This document shows positions 63,257-64,000 of a stretch of 64,000 nt of DNA, piece after piece. The position numbers were made by a program, and so were the translations under genes. A model generated the notes under the pieces. The model had not been told where the DNA came from. It saw only the letters and a program-made list of their open reading frames with translations, and ran no database searches. Every line of letters starts with the position of its first letter. Position 1 is the stretch's first letter. The DNA is taken from the NCBI GenBank assembly GCA_051439505.1, contig JBFRWI010000145.1:16276-80275 (forward strand), in the 5' to 3' direction. The DNA is from Hormoscilla sp. (GTDB taxonomy: Bacteria > Cyanobacteriota > Cyanobacteriia > Cyanobacteriales > Desertifilaceae).

Positions 63257-63701
63257 GATCGCCCTACCAGCGCGCGATCGCCTGTCAACCCTGGGGACGC
63301 ACAACCGCGAGGGGAACCTGACGGTCATCAGGCGATCGCGCTACCGGTCGGGAGTTCTCACTGGCGACCCCTGGAAATGCAGAACCGGCGGATGCGGACG
63401 GTCCTGAGCCAGGGGTGTAGTCAAAACCCGTCGATCGTTCCATGGACCCAGTACCTACCACCGGTGATGCTACTACTGCTATCCGAAAAGGTAGGCTCAC
63501 GCCCCAAGTGCAGCAGATTTTTATCGCCAGGGCCTGGTCTACGATATCTGTAAAGATCGCCCTACTAACGCCCGATCGCCTGTCAACCCTGGGGACGCAC
63601 AACCGCGAGGGGAAGCGGACGGTCATCAGGCGATCGCGCTACCGGTCGGGAGTTCTCACTGGCGACCCCTGGAAATGCAGAACCGGCGGATGCGGACGGT
63701 C
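63257..63701. repeat. 147-bp near-identical direct repeat pair
   Basis: Copies at 63257-63403 and 63555-63701, separated by 151 bp of unique sequence. Confidence 0.9.
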
Positions 63702-63855
63702 ACGAGCTGTGAAACCACCGGTACAAATGAGAGTCAGCTACAAGCAGCCAGCACAAGCTTGATAGAGGTGACGGCAGATCCGCCAGATGGCACCCCGTCA
63801 CGGCTATTTTCTCAGGTGAGGGTGGTTGTTGCTTACTGATGACATTTCGATTTGT

Positions 63856-64000
63856 GGCATATGATATTTGATTTGCGGCATATCAAATATCATATGGGGC
63901 ATATCAAATATCATATGGGGCATATCAAATATCATATGGGGCATATCAAATATCATATGGGGCATATCAAATATCATATGGGGCATATCAAATATCATAT
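63856..64000. repeat. 21-bp tandem repeat GGCATATCAAATATCATATGG, running off the window end
   Basis: Five full copies from 63877 plus a partial one, preceded by an inverted-core unit at 63856. Confidence 0.95.

Noticed and set aside
63039..63762. Several ~105-115-aa ORFs
   Set aside because: They arise from the GC-rich 147-bp repeat and show no protein-family features.
63877..64000. Possible CRISPR array
   Set aside because: Units are contiguous with no unique spacers, and there are no cas genes in the window.
1..64000. Very frequent GCGATCGC octamer
   Set aside because: This is the well-known cyanobacterial HIP1. It is useful for taxonomy but not novel.

Overview
64 kb of a cyanobacterial chromosome, judged from dense HIP1 GCGATCGC sites, psb28, ppc, ftn2 and heptamer STRR arrays; it looks like a filamentous, Oscillatoriales-type genome. 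Housekeeping genes (ppa, ppc, recJ, S41 protease, moaB/mog, psb28, pdhA, ftn2, sphR/sphS-like pair, malQ, ridA) are interleaved with accessory modules. (1) A trans-envelope cluster of two membrane-anchored repeat/longin-like/BON(-OmpA) proteins, a Rab-like small GTPase and a diguanylate cyclase. (2) Two tandem 6-bladed propeller lectin-like genes. (3) A TPS/FHA - CHAT protease - DUF928 - CHASE2 hybrid kinase cassette, whose DUF928 protein carries four GGGxR-ending 24-aa repeats and whose FHA gene is flanked by a duplicated Pho-box-like element. (4) A PbeABC-like helicase/small protein/SMC-ATPase trio without dnd genes in the window. There are clear signs of decay: ntcB has a single nonsense codon under an intact NtcA promoter, three TA loci have broken toxins, and an AAA ATPase is truncated. 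Several MITEs with target-site duplications and two 21-bp quasi-palindromic arrays are present. No rRNA, tRNA or CRISPR array was seen.
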